Shown here: positions 39,630 to 52,576 of the stretch, one piece after another | Layout of the letters: each line of letters begins with the position of its first letter | Position numbering within the stretch: position 1 is the stretch's first letter | Assembly (NCBI RefSeq): GCF_006345805.1 | Contig: NC_043002.1 | Coordinates: 119,350,001-119,414,000 of the forward strand | Length of the DNA: 64,000 nt | Direction of reading: 5' to 3' | From: Octopus sinensis | Taxonomy: Eukaryota | The notes under the pieces: model-generated | The model's input: the letters and a program-made list of their open reading frames with translations, nothing else | Told to the model about the DNA's origin: nothing | Database searches by the model: none | Made by a program: the position numbers and the translations under genes

Positions 39630-39950
39630 AAACCATAGGTACATATCAGGATTCAATGCTAATGTACGTAGGTAACTTTAGGTTTCTATATGGTTTGTGT
39701 TTGTCTGTAGAAAAGTTGACATTACCATTGCATTTGTGATCATTAATTTTTGTTTTTGACATAATCCGTTAAAGAAGTTGATTAGATCTTTTCTAAGTCC
39801 CTCTTGTGAATGACTGTTCACGTGCTAGGATATAACTACGTTTATATAACTGCCTTGTATTTATAGGAGTGAATTTAGTTTGCAGTATATCAGGTACATA
39901 AAGACCAATTACATCACATAACTCAGCGCTATCAAACAAACCTAGTTTTT
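39630..39950 (-). pseudogene. Decayed Penelope-like RT fragment
   Basis: FDSAELCDVIGLY, then NVNF...HKPYRNLKLPTYI, resembling the PLE motifs DSAEvCeLvGLY and yKPYRKPn..p.YI. Confidence 0.6.
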
Positions 39951-40460
39951 CTTGCATGCGTGATGATACAGATTCTACTTTTCCTAGCAATCATAAAGGA
40001 TATCAATAGCATAATAGTTACACGGAGGACATCAGAATAATAGAATGAAATATTTAATGATATGATTATCTGAATCATCTCAAAATACCATATTATATAA
40101 TGTTTCCATTAACTTTTTAACCGCTATTTTTCGTGGCTTCAACTGCGACAGTTTTTCCAGCACGTATCCATTTTCAATTGATATCAGTTTATTTAAAATG
40201 TTAAAGCAGTTAGATTGAAAAAGTTCTTCAGCTTCATCCAACTTAAGGAAGCCAAAGGCCTATTACAATAAGTATAAATAAATAGTGAATTATGCCCATT
40301 ATCTTAATTCTATTGCCTGCATTCAATACGAGATGTTTTCACAACCATTCAATAGCTCTTCATTATACATGCTCGGTATTCGGGCTGAGTAGTTAAAGTT
40401 TGCCGTTCGCCTGATGAAACTTCAATTCTCGATGTATAATCATTAGAACCCCTTACATTA

Positions 40461-40546
<86 letters not shown>

Positions 40547-41225
40547 GTATATATATGTATGTGTGTATATATAATCTTGTATGTATGTATATATGCGTGC
40601 GCATACATATGTGTGTTTGCGTGTATGTATATTAATACAGATATTGTACATTATATATATATATATATATACACACAAACACACACATATATTTACACAA
40701 TCCCATAGGCAATATAAGTAAAGGTATATACGTATGTGTGGGTGTTCGTGCATGTATGGACATATACATGAGAAGGGTTTACGGTCACATTCAGTGGCAA
40801 CGAAAGAAGAGTTGCTTCTTTGATACTGTAGTATAAGTTAGTTAACAAATCACAAGTAATGCATGTTGAAGAGAATCGTTAAGATAAAACGAGAAGCATT
40901 AAAGGTCAACTCGACCAAAATAGGGCTGCAATTAGCGCATTTATAGCCAGGAGGCGTATAGCAAGCGACAAAGTGATGTGTTAAGCTAAATTTTAATTCT
41001 ATCGTTTTGTGGGCCAGCATTAATTATATTGTGGAGGGTGAAAATGCGCGCACACACCACTGTTGGCAGTTGATGGCGGTATAGGCTAAAATGATTTCGG
41101 AAAGAGAGGACTGGAGTGAGAATGATAGAATAAGAATGAGAGGGTGATTGGCTGAGAGAGATTCAATGAGAGATAATGGAAAACGTCTGCAAAAGAGAGA
41201 AAAGTAGCAGAAGGAATTGACAATA

Positions 41226-41302
<77 letters not shown>

Positions 41303-41303
41303 C

Positions 41304-41374
<71 letters not shown>

Positions 41375-41399
41375 CCTACCTACCTACCTACCTACCTAC

Positions 41400-41437
<38 letters not shown>

Positions 41438-41474
41438 CTATCTATCTATCTATCTATGTATCTATCTATCTATG

Positions 41475-41570
<96 letters not shown>
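41226..41570. repeat. (TATC)n array with a (TACC)n insert, ~345 bp
   Basis: Direct reading. Similar arrays at 24200-24420, 31797-31877, 56600-56690 and 59426-59480. Confidence 0.95.
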
Positions 41571-41573
<3 letters not shown>

Positions 41574-43509
41574 TAATAATATCGCTACATTCTTCTTTTC
41601 TCTTTGTTCTCTCTTCTGAAAGTATGTGCGCCACGCGCGCGCGTTTGCGAAGAGTGTCAGAGAAAGAGACAGAAAATTGAGTGGAAATTACAGAAAAGAA
41701 GAGAAAGAAAAAGGAACAGAAAGTTGAAGAACTATATATCAATAAAAGTAAATCAAAAGAGAAATTGTATTGCACGTACGCGCATGTGAGAGTGGGAACG
41801 AGAGAGAGAGAAAGAAAGATTGAGAGAGTAATAGAGAGATGAGAGATGAGACACAGAAAAGAATGTGAAGTAAAAAGAGAAAAGATGATTATGCATTTAA
41901 ATATACAAAAGCGAAAAACAGTGAGAGACAAAACGAAGAAGTAAATAGAGAGAGAAAGCGAGAGAGGAAGAGAAATGGAGAGAAAGGTAGGGATAAGCAG
42001 AGAAAAGAGAAAAGTGTATTGAATGCAAACAGTAAAAGAATCTTATGAAAGAAGCTGTAGCGAGTTTCAAATGAAAACTTTGTCCGGATTTGAATACCTT
42101 TAATTATGCAACAACAAAGAACTGTTGGCTGAGAATTTGGATTTCTGCCATTTTTCTGTATTTCAAAAGCGACGCTAGAAGATCTTGAAATGATTTAGTT
42201 AGCAGAAATAAGAAAATATAAATCAAATCATTCATTTATTTAAATCTAATTCATCATTTGTAGCTTTTATCAATCATAAACATTTTGACTAGTATTTATC
42301 TCACCGAGAATATAACTACATTTCGCTAACTTTCTGTTGACAATACAACACTTGGAATGAAAATAGTCAACACAAGTTTATCATTTATCATTTCTTCACA
42401 GTAAATAATGACTGTTGCTGGTTTGTTTTGTACAGATATTTCCAACGAGTTGACAGGGCAACCAGCCTGTCGTCCAGATATGTACAGTTCCAGTCCAGCA
42501 TAATATTGCTTCTATCCCCTCTCTTTATGTGTATGTGGAACTGGTATGAATTGACGGATGTTTGGCTCCTAATTTTTGCTGAATGAGCGACAGAAACTAG
42601 GCTCGATTACTGGCTATATAGTACGTCTACCTGAGATGTATTAGATCATGCAACACAAAATTTTGTTTTAGGAAATCTAGATGTTGACATTTTACTTGTT
42701 TGCCAAAAGTGATATAGTATATAAATTTTTTCTGAAAGAAATACTATACCGATTATAGTTCATTTTCATTTTAGTGTTACCTAGTCATATAATCACCCCG
42801 TTGAAAAATATGAGACCGACAGATAAATAGATAGATAGATAGATAGATGTAGAGAGAAAGAGACAGAGAGAGGACAAGAGAGAACAGTCATAAACTGAGT
42901 CTTTTACAAGTTGACGTCACCTGCTAGAAACAATAATCAAATCTCTCTCGAATGCCATGATGCATTAAATAAGAGAAGGATATACTGGATAATGTAACCA
43001 TGTACCCACCGTCTGAATAAAAGATCTGATGTTCTCAACAGAACATCTTTCATCATATTTTTGATCAGCTATGGTGAATTTGAACACGTAATTAATGCAT
43101 TTTCAATTACAAAGAATTACTGAGACAGTGTTTAACTTCGGTTTGCATAGTGCTGAGTGAACGAGAGACATGGTACGAACGCTAATTCTGTTTCTGCCTA
43201 AGCTCTTTGGTGCGATTGTGTTTTCCTCATATTCTCGCTCCATATACTAGTAAATTGTTGGACTAAGTTAAACACTATCAGAGAAAGACAGTGATGATCT
43301 ATATCGGCAGACACTAAGTACAAGATGTTCAAATTCAGAATAGGATTTAAGTAGCGAGAAAAAGAGAGGTTAATTAGAACATGTCCGAGAAAGGTAGGAT
43401 TCTGCATGAAACGCTTCATTCCCCTTCTTTCTCTTGGCTTATTCTATTATACGAGCTTTTTGTGTTACGATTTATGTTGCTTTCGTCAACGATATAGTAT
43501 AATGTAATC

Positions 43510-43878
43510 TGGAGGCGCAATGGCCCAGTGGTTAGGGCAGCGGACTCGCGGTCGTAGGATCACGGTTTCGATTCCCAGACCGGGCGTTGTGAGTGTTTAT
43601 TGAGCGAAAACACCTAAAGCTCCACGAGGCTCCGGCAGGGGATGGTGGTGATCCCTGCTGTACTCTTTCACCACAACTTTCTCTTACTCTTACTTCCTGT
43701 TTCTGTTGTACCTGTATTTCAAAGGGCCGGCCTTGTCACTCTCTGTGTCACGCTGAATATCCCCGAGAACTACGTTGTGCTCAGCCACTTACACGTTAAT
43801 TTCACGAGCAGGTTGTTCCGTTGGTCGGATCTACCGGAACCCTCATCGTCGTAACCGACGGAGTGCTTCCACCATCCC
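43510..43878 (+). mobile_element. SINE family B with a 21-bp internal deletion
   Basis: TSD ATAATGTAATCT at 43499-43510 and 43879-43890; lacks AAGGGTACACGTGTCTGTGGA; extra tail CCATCCC. Confidence 0.95.
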
Positions 43879-44199
43879 ATAATGTAATCTATTAAGATTA
43901 CCAGCTAAATCAGCGGGGTTTTCGGAACTTATCTGAATACCAATGAAGGTGGGGAGCTGACATAAACAGTAGAACGCAGAAATAAGTGTTTTACAATATT
44001 TTGTTTCATCTTTCTATTTTACACTTCTAAATCTCAGAGTTGATATGCCCTCCTTTCTTTTCAGAAACACTAAAAGAAGAACTAGTGACGTAATACTTTT
44101 AATTCAGTAACTATAGCTTAACATATGCAATACTGATGCTTTTTGTTACTATTTTCTGCTGTGTGACTCTTGGATATTCCAGTACTGCAAATATTTCCT

Positions 44200-44700
44200 A
44201 CACAGTTCATTTTGTTCTTAGATATGTCGTGCAGCGTAGGTTTCATGTAAAACTTCTGTAATACTGTTTAGATTCTCTGTACTAGTATTATCCCTCCACT
44301 TAACTGGATACTACTTTTGGGTAAGACATAAGTACATTAACATACCGTTTCCTGTCTTATAATTTGTGTTGAACGAGAGCGTAACATAACAAAATTTAAA
44401 GACTATACGCTTTCAAATCCTGCTTAAGTCACGTGAAACTCGCAACATAGTTGGGTCGATGAAATTGTGGGAGCAGTCCAGGGAATATTTAAAATAAAAA
44501 TTGGTATGTTCTACAAGAATAAGGAGAATATTAGTGCCTTGTTTCTAGTCAAATATCAATTTATTCCCAATAGCTAATATCTCTGACGATCAGTTATTGA
44601 TCTGAATATATGTGAATATCATTGGCACTCTCACCGAGAATTTATCTGTAGTCGATTGCTGTTTCTTGGATCAGTGAGAAGAAATAATATTCAATTTCAT
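44200..44700 (-). pseudogene. Possible very old Merlin/ISXO2-like transposase remnant
   Basis: Nearly open frame N*SSEIL...QGTNI...SHNFIDPT...I*KR...KWR echoes the Merlin motif spacing NRS..TL...PGT.I...NHS.NF.DP.T...W...WR. Several catalytic positions are not recognisable. Confidence 0.3.
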
Positions 44701-46062
44701 GCCAAACATTTTGATAGCTGTACCTTGCTGTTTAGTATTCCAGTCAAATTTTCAACAAATCTTTGTTAACAAAAAGCTGCTTCAAAAATACCATGCAAAT
44801 TACATTTCTAAAAAGTCGTATTCTTTTGCCTTCAATCTCACCTGATCTGTTACAATAAAGACTAGTTGAAGCTGACCAGCATTAACAATAACAACCTTAG
44901 CTTCTGTATTCATTTAGTCTCAGTATTGCTTTGCTGTGATATTTCTTGTTATTTTAGATTCGCAGTCGAGAAATGTTTACTTTCCTCAGGATTAGAAATT
45001 ATTTTACAATTGCTAATATCCCCATTCAGTTCTTGATAAAATCGTTTTTGTTTCGTGTTGCATATACCATTCTTCATGTATCGATTGATTCTCTCTGATG
45101 GATTCTAGTTATTTTGCTATTTTTGGTTGTAAGTCACTCAGTTACTCTAGCATTGTTGCAAATTCTTTGCCTACCAAAGTTAGTTTTGTATTTTATTCCC
45201 AGTCTTTTTTATATTTTATATATTTTAGAATATATATTTTTCTGTCCAAATTACTTGTATGTTCTTTATGAAGTTTGTCCAGTCTCCAGGATTTTAGTAA
45301 CTTCTCCGTTTCTTTAATCCCGAATTCTCAGAAGCCTAGGCATGAGCAGTTTTGGCCAAGTTATTTCAGTAACATTATTAGTTCTAAAAGATACAGTAGC
45401 ATTCCGATAACTTTGAGATAACATTCACTTTTCTGTGACTTTCTAATTGATTCTGTGCATATTCTTACCTTTCCTTGTTATTCATGACAATTCCCCCTGT
45501 TAATACTTTTCTTCATTTGTAAGCATTTCCATCCCACTCAGGGTTGTTATCTTGGTATGCTTCTTATATAGCTCCCTGCATTGGGACATAATTTATAATG
45601 TTCTACAATCCAATTTATTCCATTATCATTGTTTTGGAGTCTTGAGAAGAATAATGATGCTGTGTTATTATAATGAGTCATAGCGTTGCATAGCATTGCA
45701 TTTATTTACCCTATCACTAAGATTAGCGTTACAAATATTTTGCTATGCTTGTGTTTTGCTGTAATACGTGTATAGTGTTTGTTATTACTGAGATTCTGGT
45801 GTCTTAGTGCGTTCTAGCGTGTTTTGTTATATACTGCTACTTTGACATGCTACGTTGTTTAATCAATTGTGGTATCGTGCAGCAAGTACTACAAAGCATG
45901 TTATGTTACAGTGAAGACAACGAAGGAAACTTCAGGTAGTCACTCGACCTTCTAGAAATATCAGCTAAATCTCTCTGAAACCATACCTTATTCTCTTAAA
46001 AAAACAAGCTCATATTGATTAATGTAGCTCTGGGCATACTGTCTTGTCATAGTTGGAATACC

Positions 46063-46296
46063 TATTTCTTTATTACCCACAAGGGGCTAAACACAGAGGG
46101 AACAAACAAGGACAGACATAGGTATTAAGTCGATTACATCGACCCCAGTTCGTAACTGGTACTTAATTTATCGAACCCGAAAGGGATTAAAGGCAAAGTC
46201 GACCTCGTCGGAATTTGAACTCACAACGTAACGCAGACGAAATACTGCTAAGCATTTCGCCAGGCGTGCTAATGTTTCTGCCAGCTCACCGCCTTA
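46063..46296 (-). mobile_element. SINE family D, nested in an older repeat
   Basis: TSD TTGGAATACC at 46053-46062 and 46297-46306. The flanks resemble an older dispersed repeat (CTAGAAA..CAGC.AAATCTC...ATAATGTAG) also seen near 14.0, 14.2, 32.2, 37.9 and 42.9 kb. Confidence 0.92.
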
Positions 46297-47051
46297 TTGG
46301 AATACCATTGATTATGTCTCTCTGATCAGAAATGACTCGGGACTAAATAACAGCAACAACTATCTGCTTCCTCTGTCGGTTTTGTGGTGTTAGCTGTTTC
46401 TAGTGTATGTAGTCACCAATACTGTTGTATATGCCAATCTGCACAAATGTTACCGAGGCGCTGAGTATCCTTATACAATACTGTTCACCGTTCATTTAAG
46501 CACACCAAACATCTTTTATATATTTTCTCAGAGCTTTTGCCGCTTTCAGAACAATACAGAGAGACCGATCTTAGATTCTGACTTTTGAGCTCTAATGGTG
46601 ATATTTCTAGCTCTGGTATTACAGCACTTTCTATTTGACATGATGACTAATGATAGATTTATTTTTTATTTACCTTAGGATTTTATTTTATTTTTAATAA
46701 TAAAAAAATAAATAATAAATATGCTCAAGTCTCTTTTCAAGCCAACTTCTTTGTCATATTTGCCAATCTGACAGAAAATAGAAAACAAACAATTACTTAC
46801 GTTTGTTACTCCTTCAACAGTTTCTGTTAAGTTACTGTTTTTTTTGTCTTTCTCAAATGTATTTATGTAATACAACGGTAATTATTTTCCATTAACCTTT
46901 TACTTAAGTCTTCCATTATCGAATAGCGGCGAATGAAGTAATTATTGCTACTTTAACATCTATTATATTTATTTATTCTTACTTAGATCGTTTGTATGCA
47001 GAAACGAGAGACCGCCGAACTAAATGCCTAGAAATATTCAGCTATACTAAA

Positions 47052-47672
47052 GCGGCAAGCTGGCAGAATCGTTACTGCTTAGCGGCACTTAGTCCGTCTT
47101 TACGATCTGCGCTCAAATTCTGCTGAGTTTGACTTTGCCTTTCATTCTTTCGAGATCGATAAAACAACTACCAGTTGAACACTGGGGTCGATGTAATCCC
47201 ACCTCCGAAATTTCTGGCTTCGTGCTAAAATTTGAAACCAGTATTTAGTTACATTCCTTGACATTTTTGTGTTCAAATATCGCCGTAATCGACTTGGTCT
47301 TTCATAAAGAGATGGTGAAATAAGTCTATATGAAATATATACAGATGTTCATTTTCTAAAAATCGTATGTTTCACATCGTTAATTAAAATAATGAGTTAT
47401 ATCGGACACGATACAATGCGTTCCTCAAGTGTTTTCTTTTCACATCTCATCAATATTATGCTTACCTCTAAGGCGGCGAGCTGACAGAGTCGTTAGCTCG
47501 CCGAGTAAAATGCTTAGTGGCATCTCGTCCGTATTTACGTTCTGAGTTCAAATTTTGCTGTGACCGACTTTGCCTTTCATCCTTTCGGTTTCGATAAGGT
47601 AAGTACCAATCAAGCACTGGGATCGATGTAATCGGCTTATCCCCTACATGAAATTGCTGGCCTTGTGCGAAA

Positions 47673-47706
<34 letters not shown>

Positions 47707-48078
47707 TATTATTATTATTGTTGTTATTGTTGTTGTTGTTGTTGTTGTCGTTGTCGTCGTCGTTGTGTTGTTGTTGTTGTTGTTGTTCTTCTTCTTCTTC
47801 TTCTTCTTCTTCTTCTTCTTCTCTTCTTCTTCTTCTTCTTCTTCTTCTTAAATGGCATCGAGCTGGCAAAATCGTCATCACGCCGGACGAAATGCATAGC
47901 AGTATTTCATTCATCTTCACGTACGGAGTTCAAATTCCGCCGACGGCGACTTTGCTTTCATCGTTACGAGGTCGATGAAATAAGTACCATTTACGCACTG
48001 GAATCGATGTAATTAACTTACTTCTATCACCATATTTAAGGCTTCGTGCCTAAAGAAGAGACGATTATTATTATTATT
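47052..48078 (+). mobile_element. Three same-orientation older family D-related SINEs (about 47052-47245, 47472-47672, 47854-48078)
   Basis: Each has a G(G/C)CGG.(G/A)AGCTG.CA head, TTCAAATT B-box-like motif, ACTTTGC(C)TTTCAT and ..TCGATGTAAT. Confidence 0.85.
47673..47849. repeat. Compound trinucleotide microsatellite (ATT)n-(GTT/GTC)n-(CTT)n
   Basis: Direct reading; begins at the SINE tail. Confidence 0.95.
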
Positions 48079-48335
48079 AAGTGCTGAAAACTCACAGCTT
48101 ATTTTGCGGGGTATGAGGGAAAGTTTCAGCTGTCCACAGCCAGCAGTCGAGGGTGACGTTGTTTACTAGTCGTGCTTCAAGAACCCCGCGAAGAATTCTT
48201 GCAGTTCCAAACAACGCTGATTGTTATAGATGTTCTACCTTCACACTCCGCACAATCATTTTCAGCCATGCTGGTAGTTGAGTGGTGATACTTCCAAGTT
48301 TGCCAATTACTATTGGTATCACGTCTACCCTACTC

Positions 48336-48770
48336 ATTACTCTTTTACTCTTTTACTCTTTTACTCTTTTACTTGTTTCAGTCATTTGACTGCGGCCATG
48401 CTGGAGCACCGCCTTTTAGTCGAGCAAATCGACCCCGGGACTTATTCTTTGTAAGCCCAGTACTTATTCTATCGATCTCTTTTGCCGAACCGCTAAGTGA
48501 CGGAGACGTAAACACACCAGCATCGGTTGTCAAGCAATGCTAGGGGGACAAACACAAACACACAAACATACACACACATACATATATATATATATATACA
48601 TATATACGACAGGCTTCTTTCAGTTTCCGTCTACCAAATCCACTCACAAGGCATTGGTCGGCCCGGGGCTATAGCAGAAGACACTTGCCCAAGATGCCAC
48701 GCAGTGGGACTGAACCCGGAACCATGTGGTTGGTTAGCAAGCTACTTGCCACACAGCCACTCCTGCGCCT
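48336..48770 (-). mobile_element. SINE family A, full length
   Basis: Complete head to tail; tail is a tandem (TTTTACTC)n on the plus strand; no TSD seen. Confidence 0.95.
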
Positions 48771-49065
48771 ATTTCTCACTTCAAATCGTCGTAGTTGTTC
48801 ATTTTTTATTATTCTTTCTCATCCTGTTGTCACAGGGGTATACTACATCAATTATCACACATATTCTTTCTTTTTTATTCACCATAACAATATCCAGTTT
48901 CCGATGTCTTGTCGGATGATCGCACTGAATCATTGCATCCCACGCGATTTTGCAATTCTCATTCTCGGTGACGCCTTCTGCGTTTGCTCATTCCACGTCT
49001 TTGCTATTATCAAGTCTTTGCTACATTATCATGGCGTCTTTAATTATTATTGTTATTAGTATTAT

Positions 49066-49420
49066 TGGAGGCGTAATGGCCCAGTGGTTAGGGCATCGGA
49101 CTCGCGGTCATAGGATCGCGGTTTCGATTCCCAGATCGCGGTTTCGATTCCACGAGGCTCCGGCAGGGGATGGTGGTGATCCCTGCTGTACTCTTTCACC
49201 ACAACTTTCTCTCACTCTTACTTCCTGTTTCTGTTGTACCTGTATTTCAAAGGGCCGGCCTTGTCACTCTCTGTGTCACGCTGAATATCCCCGAGAACTA
49301 CGTTAAGGGTACACGTGTCTGTGGAGTGCTCAGCCACTTACACGTTAATTACACGAGCAGGCTGTTCCGTTGATTCGGATCTACCGGAACCCTCGTCGTC
49401 GTAACCGACGGAGTGCTTCC
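49066..49420 (+). mobile_element. SINE family B with B-box duplication and adjacent deletion
   Basis: TSD ATTAGTATTATT at 49055-49066 and 49421-49432; GATCGCGGTTTCGATTCC present twice (49114-49131, 49134-49151). Confidence 0.95.
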
Positions 49421-49804
49421 ATTAGTATTATTATTTGTAACTATTGTAGTGTGAAAATATTTTCTTCTCTGCTCGAGACATAGCTTATTCATGTATTTCT
49501 AAATGGAATTTTTTTTGAGAACTTGTAGAAACGGAACTTAAGTTACTTAAGGAAAGACTCCTCTCAGCACCCGAGGATAGAGAAAAGGAAGTATTTTTGT
49601 TTTACATACTTTTAAAATGTATCTAGATACACTCATTCCTTTTTCAAAATGGTTACTAATCATTCCCATGCCACACGACTGAACATTGAATTCTCTCTCT
49701 CTCTCTCTCCCTCTCTCCCCCTCCCCTCTGCCCCCCTCTCCCCCTCTGCCCCTCTCTCTCTCTATATATATATATAAATAATAATAATAAGAATAATAAT
49801 AATG

Positions 49805-49860
<56 letters not shown>

Positions 49861-49861
<1 letters not shown>

Positions 49862-50007
49862 GCATACAGAAAATTGCACTACTGGGCACAGCACACATCC
49901 TACGCAAACCACATTCAATACAGTAACCATCAGAGCATCGCAACAAATCACAGCACATACCCAAGGCACACAGAGCTGCGCTCGGTAGTGAAGTGAAAGC
50001 ACACTAT
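49861..50007 (+). mobile_element. Extremely 5'-truncated R4/Dong-type LINE 3' end in (TAA)n
   Basis: SIQKIALLGTAHILRKPHSIQ* followed by a short UTR; (AAT)n on both sides. Confidence 0.8.
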
Positions 50008-50050
50008 AAAAAAATAAATAATAATAATGATAATAATAATAATAATAATA

Positions 50051-51050
50051 CAAGAAACAAGCACAGAAAAAGTTAAACGCATGAAAACCCGTGCTAAAAC
50101 TGCTGCCTTAGATATTCTGAATGATAAATGGCAAGAAAAACCTCTCTATGGCAAATACCCAAAAAGAGCGAATAATGCAGATGTTGACAAAGCCCTAACC
50201 CATCAATGGCTAATGGCCTCTGGCTTAAAATCTGAAACAGAAGGGTTTATCATAGCAGCTCAAGATCAATGCCTACCAACAAGGAACTACCAGGCCAACA
50301 TGTCGTGTATGTTAACAACAAAAGGAAACCATTGATCATGTTGTCTCCAAGTGCAGTCTTCTAGCGCCTACAGAGTATCTCAACAGGCATGATAGAGCTG
50401 CACAATATATTCACTGGGTAATCTACAAAAACCTGGATTTGCCCCATGAAAAAAAACTGGTGGGAACACAAACCACCTCCAGTGCTTGAAAATGACCACA
50501 TCTCACTCCTCTGGAACTTCCCCATTCAAACTGACAGAAAGATAGATGCAAATAGGCCAGACATCATATTGAAAGACTTCAAACAAAGAACATGCCTTCT
50601 CATTGATATGACTGTCCCAATCGATATAAACGTATCTGTCAAGACCTACCAAAAACTGAGCAAATATAAAGATCTTGAAATAGAAATCAGCAAAATGTGG
50701 AGCCTGAAGACTAAAACAATACCTGTTGTCATAGGTGCCCTGGGAATGATAGCAAAAGGGGCTGATTGGTACCTAACTCAGATACCAGGAAACCCCAAAA
50801 TGGCAGAAATTCAAAAGATAGTGCTCATGGGAACTGGTCATATCCTACGCAAAATACTTTCTATGTAATCTCAAGTTTTAAAACAAACATACTTTTTTTT
50901 TAGACACTCACTAGTACAACACTAAATACAAAACCACATATATGGCACACTAGGCATAACAATAACACGAACTTCCAACCCGTTGTCTCTTGAGGTCTGG
51001 GTGAGACTTGGAGCCAACTTGTACAAATATAAAGCAAAAGTCAAACATAG
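50051..51050 (+). mobile_element. 5'-truncated R4/Dong LINE (1 kb) in (TAA)n
   Basis: WQEKPLYGKY, WL..SGLKSETEGFIIAAQDQCL, CCHC knuckle CRVC*QQKETIDHVVSKC, RHD, RLE NRPDII...IDMTVP...KLSKYKDL, PVVIGALG, IQKIVLMGTGHILRKIL*. Stop at 50313-50315 and a frameshift near 50450; (AAT)n at both ends. Confidence 0.92.
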
Positions 51051-51319
51051 AATAATAATAATGCAGTTTTGGGGATTAATAGATACGTGGGTATTTTATT
51101 ACAGATAGTACCAAAAAATAACCTAATGACTATATCTGAAGGTAAACTCGTGGTAGCTATTTGCACATCACAAAATAATATTTTAAAGGATAAAACCAGT
51201 ATACCAGCAGGGTATAAATATAATTCCTTAATTATCTCCTACATAAGTTAAAATTAAACTTATCAATTGTGAAGGAACTACACGTGTTTCAGTATTGGAA
51301 GATTATAATATATATACAT

Positions 51320-51613
51320 AGGAGTGGCTGTGTGGTAAGTAGCTTGTTTACGAACCACATGGTTCCGGGTTCAGTCCCACTGCGTGGAACCTTGGGCAAG
51401 TGTCTTCTACTATAGCCTCGGGCTGACCAATGCCTTGTGAGTGGATTTGGTAGATGGAAACTGAAAGAAGCCTGTCGTATATATGTATATTTATGTATGT
51501 GTATGTGTTTGTGTGTCTGTGTTTGTCCCCCCAACATCGCTTGTCAACCGATGCTGGCGTGTTTACGTCCCCGTAACTTAGTGGTTCGGCAAAAGAGACC
51601 GATAGAATAAGTA
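51320..51613 (+). mobile_element. SINE family A, 3'-truncated
   Basis: Matches the family from AGGAGTGGCTG to CGATAGAATAAGTA. Confidence 0.9.
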
Positions 51614-52053
51614 ATAGACTGTACCTTGTAGAAAGTGCTGAGACAAAGGACATGAGATTAATGGTACAGCGCTCCACCACCATGGTTTTTACATTTGTTT
51701 TAAGAATCTCATCAGAGATGATTACCGCGAATAACTAGAAATGATTATACAAAAAACGTGTGGGTGGGTGGAAGAATGGAGATCAACTGAAAGATAGAAA
51801 AATGGCATCGAAGCAAGTCTTCAGAGCGCTGTCAACCATAAACCAAATGATGGCAGTAGAAAACCCTTTATACCTATTATTAGCAAATAATAAACAAATA
51901 CCTTGTCCAGTGCGACAGAATAATCGTGCGATGGGGAAGAACTTATAGTTGCAGACGATATCTTACAAAGGAACAAAGAAAACAGGAAGGGAAAATTGGA
52001 AAACGATCGAAGAAAAAAGACCCAGAATAACAGAAATGAGAATAAAAGATATG

Positions 52054-52277
52054 TATTTATTTCTTTACTACCCACAAGGGGCTAAACACAGAGGGGACAA
52101 ACAAGGACAGACAAACGGATTAAGTCGATTACATCGACCCCAGTGCGTAACTGGTACTTAATTTATCGACCCCGAAAGGATGAAAGGCAAAGTCGACATC
52201 GGCGGAATTTGAACTCAGACGAAATACGGCTACGCATTTCGCCCGGCGTGCTAACGGTTCTGCCAGCTCGCCGCCTT
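52054..52277 (-). mobile_element. SINE family D, full length
   Basis: 18-bp TSD ATGAGAATAAAAGATATG at 52036-52053 and 52280-52297. Confidence 0.95.
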
Positions 52278-52576
52278 GTATGAGAATAAAAGATATGGTG
52301 ACGCCGTGGTATGATGGTGAGAGAGGGTACTATGATAAGAGAAGTAAAGCTGAGCTAGGAGGAAAGGCTGAACAGGTAGAAAGGATAAGAATGAAAGATT
52401 ATAAAATTGAGCAATGCGGAAAAAGCCGTGGAGAAGTGACAAAAGGAAAAATTGAAAGATGAAAATGAGAAACGAAGAAAGAAAAGTATCAAAAAGCTTT
52501 CTTAAAAAATTAGAAAATGAATTGAAAAGATGACGAGAAGCAGAGGTATTAATCATCAATATATTATGAGAACAGA

